This document shows positions 10,381-22,499 of a stretch of DNA of 64,000 nucleotides, in pieces; the stretch's first letter is position 1; the number at the start of each line of letters is the position of its first letter. The stretch is from Ascidiella aspersa (Eukaryota), in NCBI GenBank assembly GCA_963924565.1, contig OZ004609.1, positions 31,744,001 to 31,808,000 of the forward strand, given 5' to 3'. The position numbers were made by a program, and so were the translations under genes. The notes beneath the pieces were generated by a model, which did no database searches, was not told the origin of the DNA, and was given only the letters and a program-made list of their open reading frames with translations.

Positions 10381-13300
10381 GTTTAATACTCTTTTCTATG
10401 TATGTCTACTTATTCGGCGATCACCAATATTTAACTCGAAGAATATTTGACACAGCTTTTTGTTTTGTTTTGCCTTCTGCTTTTCTTAGAGTTCGATTTT
10501 CGTTTACTGTGAGCTTGCATTTTCGAATTTAAATGTTAAAAGGTAAAATCGAAAAGATTGAACTTGTATATAAGTTATCTTGACGTACGTCTTGTAGAGA
10601 GGAAGCTAAAGAGTGGTTGATACGTTTTTATTGGCTTTTTCTTAACATCGCTATGACGAACCTAATATAAACCTCTTTTTTTCGAAAAATGTTCTAATGT
10701 CAAACTATTTAGAAATTGAAACTTTCTCCCATCAAAAGGGGTCTATGCTAAAATGAATATTTCTCTATTGTATTGCGATAATCTTTCGTCTAATGGATTA
10801 GACATTTGCGTTATAATTGTCTTGGAAACGTTTTGCTTTTGCATTGCGGTTTTTGACAGTTATTTGTCGCGTACATTTTTATCGCTTGGTGGCGGTAAAG
10901 ATCACAAACTTATCCCCAAAAGTTAAAATGTTCAACTATCGTTAAAATTCGGATACATTTTGCTGAAATATTCAAAAGACAGGGCTTAGTTGAGAAATTT
11001 TTTTATACTCTCTTGCTGGGTAGGGAAACGTTGTTTCCTGCAAAAATTAATTTGTTTTTCACCAAAAACACTGAAACTTAAATTAAATCCCTAACAGTAT
11101 ATTTTTTAATCGCCTTTACCTCCGCTTTAGCAACTGTTAAAATATTAAAACTTCCTGAATGTTCGGAAGTCTTGCTCACCTTTTTTATAGGATGGTGGAG
11201 CCTACAGAGTATTAAACTCTCACCTACGAAGATTTACGTCTTTCGATAGTTTAATGAAACTTATAGCACTACATTTGTTTTGTTTTTGAAGAAACGTCAT
11301 TTTAACCGCGGGTGATTCTAGGAATGTCCACAACGCGTAAAATGTTAAAAGTGCTTTTGACGTTTAATGTAATATTGCGACAAACGTACTGGGTTGGATC
11401 AAGAAATAATCTTTATAGGCCCTTCTGCCCAGCGACTTTAAATGTCACTGTTCAAGGGTCCATCCATGTATCTGATTCGCTTACGTTCCTCCGTTATTGG
11501 CATTTGTTCAAATCGATAACTCGGCCAGCGTTTTTTATGCTCTTTGTACGATATGCTACAGAGAGGCAATCTTATTGCGTTCAAAGGGTTAAGAAATACA
11601 CTTTCATACGCTCGATATGGATCCCACACGGCCAAAAGAATCTGTTCTCCAGTAACGTATTCGCGCATTTCATACCGAAAACTGTTCAGTTAAAAACAAA
11701 TTTTTCTTCACAATGCAATTTTTCGTGTATCTAATCAAACTATTTTTCGTGTTTCTTATTTAACAAGCGCCTGCAGGCCCTATTTTTAAGTTTTTTTTAA
11801 CATTTAGGCCTAAAATGCGATTTTAATTTTAATGAAGTATACACTATACAGGCTAATATGGAGTCTAGTGAATCGTTAACAGACTAAGAGATGTGTACGT
11901 TGACCTTTAATTTCCTTATGTTTTTATAAACCAAGTGATTGTATTTCGTTAATCACCATATGGAATGATCATATTATGGCGGCTGTCAATTTTCTTCATT
12001 GGTTGCTCATTTTATGACAAACCCTTTGAATTAAATGACAAACCTCTTACTTTGCTTTTTAGCAATAACCCAATACTACTTATTCATTTCCTACTTTTTA
12101 CTGTTGTAACTGTGTCGTAGTTTTTCTTGGACGTTGTAGAGAAGTTTTTAAGCTATTTTCAACATATTTATCCATTTTGGACTTCATTAACGACAATGAA
12201 AGCGCTTATAGTCCATTTGTGCGCTCTGAATTGACAAGACCACCAAAAAGATTTGCTCTAGTGCTGTCTGGCGATGTCCTACAATTCTGGTTTGAGCTGC
12301 ACCTAGAGAAATTTGCGATCTGCAAGCCCAGGCCACTTTAAAATAAAATAGGCGCGCGCTTTTCACATCATACCTTAATGCATTTTGCACCCTTAATCAA
12401 GGCTTTTTCGGGAAAATTTTTGTTTTTGCAATTTCCAGGACAAATTAGGGGCCGTTTCCGCGTTTTTTCGAGATATTTCTACACATAGGGGAGCCGACAA
12501 TTTCGCAAAATAGCCAGAAAACAACGGCACAACTTCGTATTCACTAGCAAGAGTTCCTGGCCAGGAATTTAAGATTTAAATGGACCGCCCGGGGCGCTGG
12601 AAGATGCGCCCGGGCATCGATTTTCGTGGGAGAACGCCGAACGTTCCGGAACTTCGGGCGTTGCCATTTAGAACGCTGCCGCTCGCTGCACAACGCCATT
12701 GTGATGTCACAATGCGATACGCCGCAGGTGGTGAATCGCGTCGTCAACGATTTGCGCGCGGGGCCCCTCTTTCATCTTTTTCGTTTTGCTAATCGCCGCT
12801 GATGATTGCCTAAGAGACTTTGGATCTGTCCTACAAATCCTAAAAAAATCTAACGTTGAGATTAATCGTTTTTCACACCCTATTTTCTTTTGTTCTGTGG
12901 CAGATTAAGCTTTGAAAAATATTACTGGTCTTAAAGGGCCTTTTAAATTATTAAACTACCCTAATTTTTATGGCTGCAATTTATAAAGTTTGTTCGTTAC
13001 GTTTTGTTATATGTTAGCAGTTTATTGTTTTGTGACGTTTTGTTTTATTTAGAAGTATGTTTATTTGTAACTTGAAATGTTGTTTAAATTTTTGTTTAGT
13101 TACTGCTGGTCGTTTTTGTTTAAGTAACAAACGCTATGGGAAAAAATAAACATCGATTTCCAAAAGTCTGATTAATACGAATATAGCAAATTAAGGAAAC
13201 ATTTAAATCAGTCACCGTTATACATTAAACTGCAAAAAAGATACCTCGCAATGCAGGGGCGTCCACCTAATAAAATTTCCTACATTTTAAAGATTGCAAA

Positions 13301-13604
13301 TCAGTTTGTCAATACTTTGGAAAACGTGTATCAAGTAAATCACTCTAGTTTCAACCTAACAAACACCAAGATTTTTGTTCAATTCTAACACGTTTAAACT
13401 CAGACCAGGTTAAGTTGCATTGCACGGCTTGTAAAGTTAAAATCGGCATCAAACTACAAGCAAAAAACTTCGACCAAACTGGCCAGACGTTTTACGGTCG
13501 CGCTTGGTCAGCGTTGCGTGACCGCTGTGTCGACGTTTCGGCTCGACTTCGCTCTCCCATGACCACCATTCCAGCACAGCACATTCCTGCCGGTTGCCTA
13601 AAAG

Positions 13605-14050
13605 CAGGGGTGGATCCTAGATTTTTTTGTGGAGGGGATTTAAAACATTTCGCAAATTGCGCCATTAAATATGTAACTTAAAAACTTTAGAGCGAACTGA
13701 CTGTGACAAAATGGGGTGAAACCAATCTGATAGCGCGAAGCGCGAAAAAAATGGGCTTATTTGGTTGAAACTGGCAAAAATTGAACTTGAAAGCTGATGT
13801 GACGCCTTAGGCACATAAAAAATTTGCATATTGCCTAAAATAGCAGCATTTGTAGTCTAATATCTAATTTAACACAAATGGCACTTCGAACAGTGGGGGT
13901 CACACGGCGCAACCCCATTCCTTGAAACGAAACAGAAACATAGATATCTCTCCACCAAGTACAGATAATGTTTGTATTTGTACGGTAAGGATGGAAAAAT
14001 AATATTATTTGGTGGGGGCCGTGGCCTGATGCCCCCCTGGATCCGCCCTG
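13605..14050. mobile_element. hAT-type MITE
   Basis: Ends CAGGGGTGGATCC / GGATCCGCCCTG; perfect 8-bp TSD CCTAAAAG (13597-13604, 14051-14058). Confidence 0.85.
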
Positions 14051-14182
14051 CCTAAAAGTTAAGTGTTCAGGACACGGCAGGCGTTGGGTGGCTGCACATT
14101 GAACATCCATTATAACTTGGTGCAGCTCGTAAATTGAAAATTTAAAACAAAATTGTATGGCTTGACTTTTGTTTCTCTCGGT

Positions 14183-14551
14183 TAGGGATATCCGATACTT
14201 GACATTTTGTTCCGAAGCCGATACCCGATATTTTGGACAAAAATTATCGCGATCCGATTCTACACCAAATGACGTCTTTAGTATGCCCAAAAAAGATGAA
14301 ATTAAATCGTTTAAATGTCATGTTTTCAGGTCAATATGTCAAGTTTTTTTTTAGTGTTATTAGGTTAGTTACCTCCAGCTGTTAACCTTATATTATTTGA
14401 CAAATTTGTGTTTGTAGATGAAATTTGCTGGTTGGATCGCAATTACAGGCTGATCAGACAGGCACCGATACCACCGTATTATCGGACTAGCACCAATACT
14501 GAAACTTGGCAAAGGGTATCGGCTCCGATCCAATATTATCGAACATCCCTA
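14183..14551. mobile_element. hAT-type MITE with TAGGG termini
   Basis: TIRs TAGGGATATCCGATA / TATCGAACATCCCTA; perfect 8-bp TSD CTCTCGGT; internal CCGATA subterminal repeats. Confidence 0.85.
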
Positions 14552-16334
14552 CTCTCGGTGCGTTTTTTTGCTTAAACGTCTCAGGGCACTTTACTAACTA
14601 TTCAGCATGCATTTTGTGCATTGTGGCGTCGGTCAAAAAGGCGAATTGCATGTGTCGTAGCAACAAAAACTATATGACCATTACTTGGTGGAAATAGTCA
14701 TATATATAATGGGAAGATATTGCTGCACAACCCCAAAGACCCCAAATCGGCTTCACGCCTGGAAAAGGCTTCCAACTCATAAAAGCCTGAAGCGAGGTTC
14801 TACCAATTATAATGCCTGCAAGTGGTTTAGTAATTTTAATCATAGCTTTTGTCAAAGATTTTTTTATCAAATCAATGTTTTTCTGTTACATTTTAGATTA
14901 AAAACAAAGCTTTCAGTAGCCAGGAGTTTTATATTTGCAACATTTTTAGACTAACAACTCGCCGCATTTTATCGTATCAATATATCGTCTTCAGTTTGCC
15001 ACTCATTAAAAGTCTGAAAAGCGCCGTGTTGATACTCCTCCCGTGTTTTCAAGAAATTGAATAAAAACAAAAAACTTTTCGCCGTTTATGTCGTCATAAA
15101 AGCCGCACAATGGGCGAGGGGTTGGTGTTTCGCGCCGTTTCGCATCAATGCAACCACCACACGGGTTGCCTTTGATCGCCCAAGACGCCGCCGAAGGTGC
15201 CTGTCAAGCGCAGCGCAACCCCGCAATTATTACGTCATCGCGTCTCTGAGTTTGGGAGGCTCAGTCGTTATCCGTTTTCTGGCCAGAGGAAAAATTTACT
15301 CAGACAAACGGGAGGTAATTCCTAAAGTAAAGTTCACTTTAAGTTCAACTTTACTTGTACATCTAAAATGCGGCCCAATTTTTTGCCTTACTAAAAATGA
15401 GGTTTGTTTGCGATGCAATAAATTTTATTAAAGGCCATAGTTCAATTAAGACGTCTTGTGTAACGTGTCTATGTCACCAGCCAGGATTGTAGAATATAAT
15501 ACGACCAGCCGCTTATACAGTTTCCACTAAACCGGTCAAATTCTGCCAAACGCTTTGAGAGCAAACGAGACAAAAAAACCGAGGATTCGCAATGCCGCAT
15601 TCCGTTGGTTTACTGAGCGGATTTTGGCGGTTTCCGTACATTTAAGCGACCCAGAATAGCGGGCATACCAGACTGCCGCAGGCGCACAAAACCAGCTCGG
15701 GTATGCTCCTCCCCGCTACGCTTGACCGCTCGTCACGGTCCCGCGCAATCGTGACGTATGGAGAGAGAGGAAGAGGAGGGGGAGAAAAGTGAGAGGAGGC
15801 AATTGCGAAATTCCGCTGGTCCATTTTTGGGTTGGGCCGATGCTGTAAACGGATCCTTATCTAGTAGGTCTAAGGTTTAGCTCATGGTTTACGTAAGACC
15901 ACCTTTTACTTACGACATACAATAAGGCCTTTAAGTACCCATTTGGTATAAATTCTTAAGCAAGTCATATTCTCACACTTAAGTCAATCCTTTTCAAGCA
16001 ATTACTTTTTTTTTATCTTTAAATCAATTTCGCAAGCGTTTTTTTCAAAATGACTTCACTTACATTTTTTTGCAGCCAACGTTTTGGCATGACTTCGCTT
16101 GGTTCAGTTATAACTCAGCTAGGACTTGACAATTGTTTAACGCCTTCCTAAAAATGCATGTGACGTCGTGACAAGTTCTCCAGTTTCCAGAAGAATTTCT
16201 CGAGTTCGCAGAAAAAAAAAATCAAGTGTGCTACGGCTGCACAGTTTCAACATATTTATTACTACCCATGAGAAACATATAAACGACCAGGTTTGGAGAC
16301 ATTAGCATCAAACAATATGTAACTGTCGTTGGGG

Positions 16335-17705
16335 CTAATTTAACTTCAAATGTATCACTTTTTGCAGATGACACAGCTTTATACTATTCTTCCAAATGTC
16401 CGTTTATACTTCACAAAACTTTAACAACCGATCTCAAAGTTCTTGAAAAATGGGCATCCATCTGGGCGGTAAATTTTAATCCAATTAAAACATCTGTGCT
16501 CACAATATCTAAAAATCAAACTCGCCATCCGAAAATAACTTTCAAAGGTTCCATATTACCTGAAGATGACAGTCACAAATACCTAGGTATTATATTTACT
16601 CCTTCGTTATCCTGGCTTAAACATATCTTATATGCTTGTCATAAAGCACGTACCCGCCTAAACATTCTACGTAAAATTTCCACAACTGTTTCGCGCCACA
16701 TACTCCTTGTTTTCTACAAAGCTCGTATTCTTCCAATACTGGAATACGCGGACATAATTTATGACAATTGTAGTAAGTCCGACAGTGACCTACTTGAAAG
16801 TGTTCAATACGATTCAGCTAAGCTAATTCTAGGGTGTATGAGAACCACATCGCACAGTAAAACTTTACTTGACCTTGGTCTGACTCCTCTTCATTTGAGA
16901 CGAAACGTTCATGCTTTGTCACTATTCTTTAAGTTAATTCATCACATTGGATCATCGTACTTACAATCATACATACCTAAATTTATAAAATATATTGTTA
17001 GCTACGAGTTTCGCTAACCCATTAACAATGCCCGTAGTCCGCTCGAAAACCCAAATGATGCATAACTCGTTTGTTTGCAAGTCAATTCGACTCTGGAATA
17101 GTCTCCCGGCGAAATTACGGGCTGTATCTTCAGTTTCAATATTTTTAAAAAATATTAAACGTCATTTTTTCTATAAATCGACCAATACACGCCACCTTTA
17201 CCGAAAGAATCCTAAAATTACTGCTGTCCTTTGCATGTTGAGATTAGGCCACAGTCCACTGAATATAACATATACGTTTCGTACTTGTATTTGCGGAGCT
17301 TCTGAAACTCCAATACATTTGTTTTTTGAGTGTCCACTATTAACCGCCGAAAGGTCCGTTTTAATGAGCGCAATTTGTTCTCTGTTTGTCGATAAATCTG
17401 TAATGTCACCGACTGCGTTGTTTTCCTTGTCTAATGCTACTTTGTTGAATTACATTCTGTTTGGACATCCTGATTTAATTTGCTCTGAATCTCTCATTTT
17501 ATTTAACGCTGTACATGACTTTTTGTTAGCTTCTCGTAGATTTTGATGCAATTTCTTTCCAGTGTCCAGTATTAATTTATTACGTGTTGTTCCTTAAAAT
17601 TGTTTGTTACTCGCTGTAATTGGTGTCGCGGCAAAAGGTTTTCTTCAGTCGTAAGACTGCCACCTGATTGTCGTTAAATCAATAAAAAAAAATAAATAAA
17701 AAAAA
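16335..17705 (+). mobile_element. 5'-truncated CR1/L2-group LINE (RT C-terminus to A-rich tail), frameshifted near 17000
   Basis: SLFADDTALY (RT catalytic motif), KWASIWAVNFNPIKT, KYLGIIF...LSW..HI, ILPILEYADII, C-terminal LRLGHSPLN...CICGASETPIHLFFECP; AATAAA/poly-A tail at 17680-17705. Confidence 0.9.
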
Positions 17706-18017
17706 GTTAGTCAGGGATTTTGGTTCGTGCCCCAAACAGGTTACAAACAAGGCGCTAATAATTAATAACCAAGTCAATGTTCGGTTTGAACAAAGTCCCA
17801 AACTGTGTTTTCTGTTAGGTCAAGGCGTCCACGTCATTACCACCAGGCATGTTGCACATTTTTGCGCCTTCTCAGAAGAGAATCGGCGGCGCTGTGCTGC
17901 ATTACAGACGACGTCATCGAATTTTGAGCTGCTTCGTATTGGAAACCCACACCTTTCGTTCCAGTCACGGACATATTCCGCAACGCAACCACGAGCCACA
18001 TAAATGCGAACGAAGTA

Positions 18018-18088
18018 TGCGTGCGTGAGTGTAAGCGTGCGTGAGTGTGCGTGTGCGTGTGTGTGTGTGTGTGATCGTGTGTGTGTGC
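18018..18088. repeat. (GT)n/(GCGT)n microsatellite
   Basis: Imperfect GT dinucleotide run. Confidence 0.9.
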
Positions 18089-21000
18089 ACAATTCGACCG
18101 ACTAGCCAATAGCCGGAGGCCGCAAAAAACGATCGAGTTCACTTTACCAACAGATAAGATCTGAGTTATTTTGGGCCGAAATATGTCAACTTTTTTAACG
18201 TTCAGCGTAACCCTTTTTACCCAATTTTTGTTAGTTTGCATTGCCACTCCAGAAGTAGTCGCCTTATACCTTTGCGTAGCCAAAGGACCAGGGGAACATA
18301 AAATAGGTAGCTAATGCATCTGTCTGTAGAAAACGATTGGCTAAATTGTTTCCTAACATTGACTTGTTTAATTTTTTTAAATCTTTTGCACTCCTTATTA
18401 CAGAACCTGTCTTACAAAAAGTAGATTTGGCATATTTGCAGAAAAACTATTTAGCCTCTTTAGGGCAATCACGTGATTTCATCTAATTATATATTTAAAC
18501 ATTATTTTGGATTTTGTTCACATATTGGCCAATTAATATTGCAGCCCTCAAAAGTCACCCCTATTAGTCTCTGATTTCGTTGAAAATAAGGAAAGGATCT
18601 TGTCACAAACCTATTTTCATGTCTCCTTTTTGACTTATTTTAAGTGGTCGTTTTGATTTCTCGATCAAATTAAACAGCCGTCACATTAAAAGCCTGCATT
18701 GTCTTAAGAGCTACCACAAGCTCAAAAAGGGTCGTCAATGTTCGCAACCGGCCAACGAAATAAGCCTGTATACTAGCTGGATAGAAGTGCACAGATGAGT
18801 TTTTTTCGATCTGCTGATAGAAGAAACGCTTTGTCGCAACAAACCCGAAATGTTCTGCTATTTCCGCAGCCCACTTCTCGGAAGAACCTTAATTAATCTG
18901 ATCGTGTCGAAATCCGGGAACAGATTTTCTCCTTTCAAATTTCTAAGTTCGAATTTAATTTAACGCAACGGATTTAAGCGCCCGGGAACCGGCGGTTTGG
19001 AAAACAGGTCTTCTGATTGTAGATAGCATCGCGCGGCGGTTGTTTATCATTATCGCGCAGTTTGTTTGTTATGGTAACAACGGGTTGTGCATCAGTTAGT
19101 ACGTATGTTGGTCAACGTGGAACATTCTCACTTTAACACATCAACAAACCAGGCGAAAAGCGTGCCTGTGACCTACATAATTATGCAATCATTGCTGGAA
19201 TTCTTTTTAGTCTACATTTTTCCGAGTAAAATGGCTTTTTTCTATATAATACACGGCGAACATCTTAGATGCAATCTGTGAGGAGGTTGCAATTGTAAAT
19301 TTCCACCTGGATTAAACTGACTGACACTGCGATGAGCCGTTTTAGTTTGTGGTGATTTAATATCGGTAGAAAAGGATATAAAGATGTGACACGGTAGAAA
19401 CTTAGCATTTAATCTGACATCGTTAAGTCCTGGACATCAGTGGTTGTCAACCTTTTTTGAAAAGAATATATATATGATATTTTACAACTACAGATCTTGT
19501 TTGGTGAAAATTTGTTCCACTCTAAATTACCTTGTAGCAAATGTTGCTTTTCCGTACTTCGTTGTTAGATGAAGGAACCAAAAAATTGTTCGAATAATAG
19601 AAATGTACGTTTGTTCATCAATAAAACAAAAGTGTCCATATCACTAATCAGCAATGCCATTAATACGAAATAACATAAAAAAGGCATAGTACACTGTACC
19701 TCTGAAATGTATTTATGTTTCTGACGCCTCTTTTTGCGATACACAGGGCTAATCTTTTCCATATTCCACCAAACAAAAGTTCGTGATATTTGCTAAAGGT
19801 TGACCGAGTTTGCATTACTAATAGCTCTAACGAGACACGGGTCACGTCGGCTTACGCCCACCATGAAGTATGAGTTAAACTTAAAATAGGTTTTAGCCCA
19901 CCAAAATCAGTAATCTAGACTCTAGAGAACGCAGTTTTAGGCTTAATAATTGGAAACTTTGCGATAGACTATTGCTCGAGCAAAGGTCAAAATGGACCTA
20001 CAACGCGATTCAGATGTCCCCCTTGGGGAGAAATGATCATTCTGGAAGTGCCTTATTAGCCTTAGATGACTAGCAAATCAGGCCAATGCTGTGTCTTTAA
20101 CGATTTCCTAAGAGGAAACGTTACTAATTCACGGAGTCGGAATCTGCGAGGAATAGGGAACAAACATTCCTGTGAATCATATCCGTCTGGAAAGAACAAA
20201 AACTCCCACCCACAGACAAATACATATTTGATTAGGTGAATTACGCCGTAACGCTTTCGCGCCGAAAACCGATAAGTCCTACACTAACACTTTCTCCTAT
20301 CAATTCGAATTCAATGAAAGGATCATTCAAGAGTTGTATTGTATCAACCCTATTGATACAACTTTTCATTATGTTGGTATTGCTGCAACGGAAATCTAGA
20401 TAAATAAAAATGGTAGAAACAAATTATATCAGCTGTGACAAATGTGCTCCGATAAGCAAGTTTCTAGAAAAAATACTGTAAGCATGATTTGATGTTTTCC
20501 AGTGCACAATATTACATCTGTCCCCTTCTAGATAATATGGCAGGAAATGGGGGTATTAGGTGAAGGTTAGTATCTTACTACCTATAGACTCTGTTTATCG
20601 GCATACCTTTCTACAAGCGTACAATAGATGAGTCACACGGTGGATACGTAATTGACATTCAAATGCCGAGGTCACTTAGTCACGCAGAGCCAGTTGCGAA
20701 GGCCGGTAAGTTATGTGATCCCCGAAGTTCGAGTCAGTTGTATTAAAGGTAATTTTCCTAAAGCGCTGCGTAATTCTTCCTTAAAAAAGCTACAACATTA
20801 GGGGTTCCCAAAGCTCTGAATCACCAACGTCTGGTATATGTATGCTTAGTTTTGGTGGTTTGGCGTTTTTAAACCAGTGTCGAATGCTGCGAAAATTATA
20901 TTGAATGGTGTAACGCTTTGTATGTTTTGAACGTTCGACGAGGCTTCGTATATTGTATTGTACGGTGAACGCTAGTGCGTGCAGCCCCCAGTCAATACTG

Positions 21001-21624
21001 TGCAGTTATATGGATGTATAATAAAATTATCCGCGGAAATTCGTGAGATAGGTTGTCAATTTGCCAAAGAAATGACACAAGGCCAGCACATTATATGTAA
21101 CCGGACATGTGTAAAATCTTAAACTCAGCAACGAAAATAGGCTACCTCAAACCACTTAAAACATGGCTATAGCCCACTGTGTTGTAAGTCTGCGTGATTT
21201 TATGAACCTGTTTTCTGGGCGTCTTCTGAACTCTGCATTCAAAATCAATCATTCTTAGAAAAAGCAAAACGGGCATAGGATTGATCTGCAAGGGGCCTCT
21301 ACGACTACTCAAGAGTCGCTAAAGTTGTTTGTGGCAAGCACTCTAAACTCGCCGAAGTGAGGCATTTAAACAAAGCGGGTCTGACCACGGACAAGGTAGT
21401 ATACAAGGAAGGGCCAAGACGCCACGTGAAATCTGTGTCAGTCGATGGGACCCAATTACATGTACAAACAACGACGCTTTAAGAGACGGATTACCAAATT
21501 GGTATAAGGAGTTAAAGTAAAGCATGTCAGCACCTTGACAAACGTAGCGGCCCTGTGCGATTTCCAAACATATACATCCAACCAGCAGAGCATGGCCTTA
21601 CGGATGTGTTGGACGGTTTAAGGG

Positions 21625-21981
21625 CAGGGTTGTAAACAAAACATTTTGCTTTAACTTGTCACAGTTAAATCATAATTAGAGCAACTCAATTTCAAGTCAA
21701 GTCCTTCTCAAAAAAAGTAAACGTTAAATTGATTTTATTAAAGTAAACTCTATAGATTATGAATAACCACTCAACTAAAAAATAACGTAAACGCAACACA
21801 TAGCAAGCGAATTGATTTATGTGCAGAAAATAGGAGAAATAACTCGATTTTATAAAATAAATGCCTCATGACAACACTTCATTTTAACCCAAGTCATTTT
21901 TCCAAAAGACGCAAGTCAAGTCAAACCAATTGAAAACTTACTTAGGTACATTGACTTAAGTCATTACAATTTACAACACTG
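21625..21981. mobile_element. Degenerate hAT-like MITE; family members at ~15960-16140 and ~46690-46816
   Basis: Ends CAGGGTTGTAAA / TTTACAACACTG; TSD TTTAAGGG / TTAAAGTG (6 of 8 match); CAAGTCA subterminal repeats shared with the other copies. Confidence 0.6.
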
Positions 21982-22499
21982 TTAAAGTGGACTGAAAAAT
22001 GTAACGTCCGAGGTCACGAAAATGTCAAAAAAATTGGCATTCTACCGGAGAGTGCCAAAATCCGGTGTGCGTCAGTTAACGTTGCTTACTTGTATCGGTG
22101 CATTTTTACGTCATTTCCCAACGTTGGGGTGCTTTAGCAATTTGTTACTCGCTATCATTTGTGCGTGTAACTTGCCAAAACATGCTAAACAGCTGACGTA
22201 ACTAGTTTTATCCAGTTTTAAATTGGCTTAAGTATAGCTTTCTATCGAAATATCAATCCGGTAACTATAACCACTATAAGGTAGCAATAAATTCCGCTAA
22301 GGCGTATCTAACACTTATGAAAAAATAAAGAATGAGTAACAGCGGGGGGGGTATATTCTATAGAAAGTGGTGAACAGTTCAATATAAATGTACTAAGAAT
22401 TCTCAAATGGTAAAAGTGTGTATTTATACATTCGGTTTCATTTACCGACTTATGATTTTATCGGCCTCAATACAGCTTCTTTCATGACATACGGAACTT

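Noticed and set aside
17820-18283. His/Thr-rich ORFs
   Set aside because: They are translations of the (GT)n microsatellite.
21343-21600. Possible MAM-like fragment (CNW...DFTW) on the minus strand
   Set aside because: Motif order is wrong, there are several stops, and no supporting splice structure.
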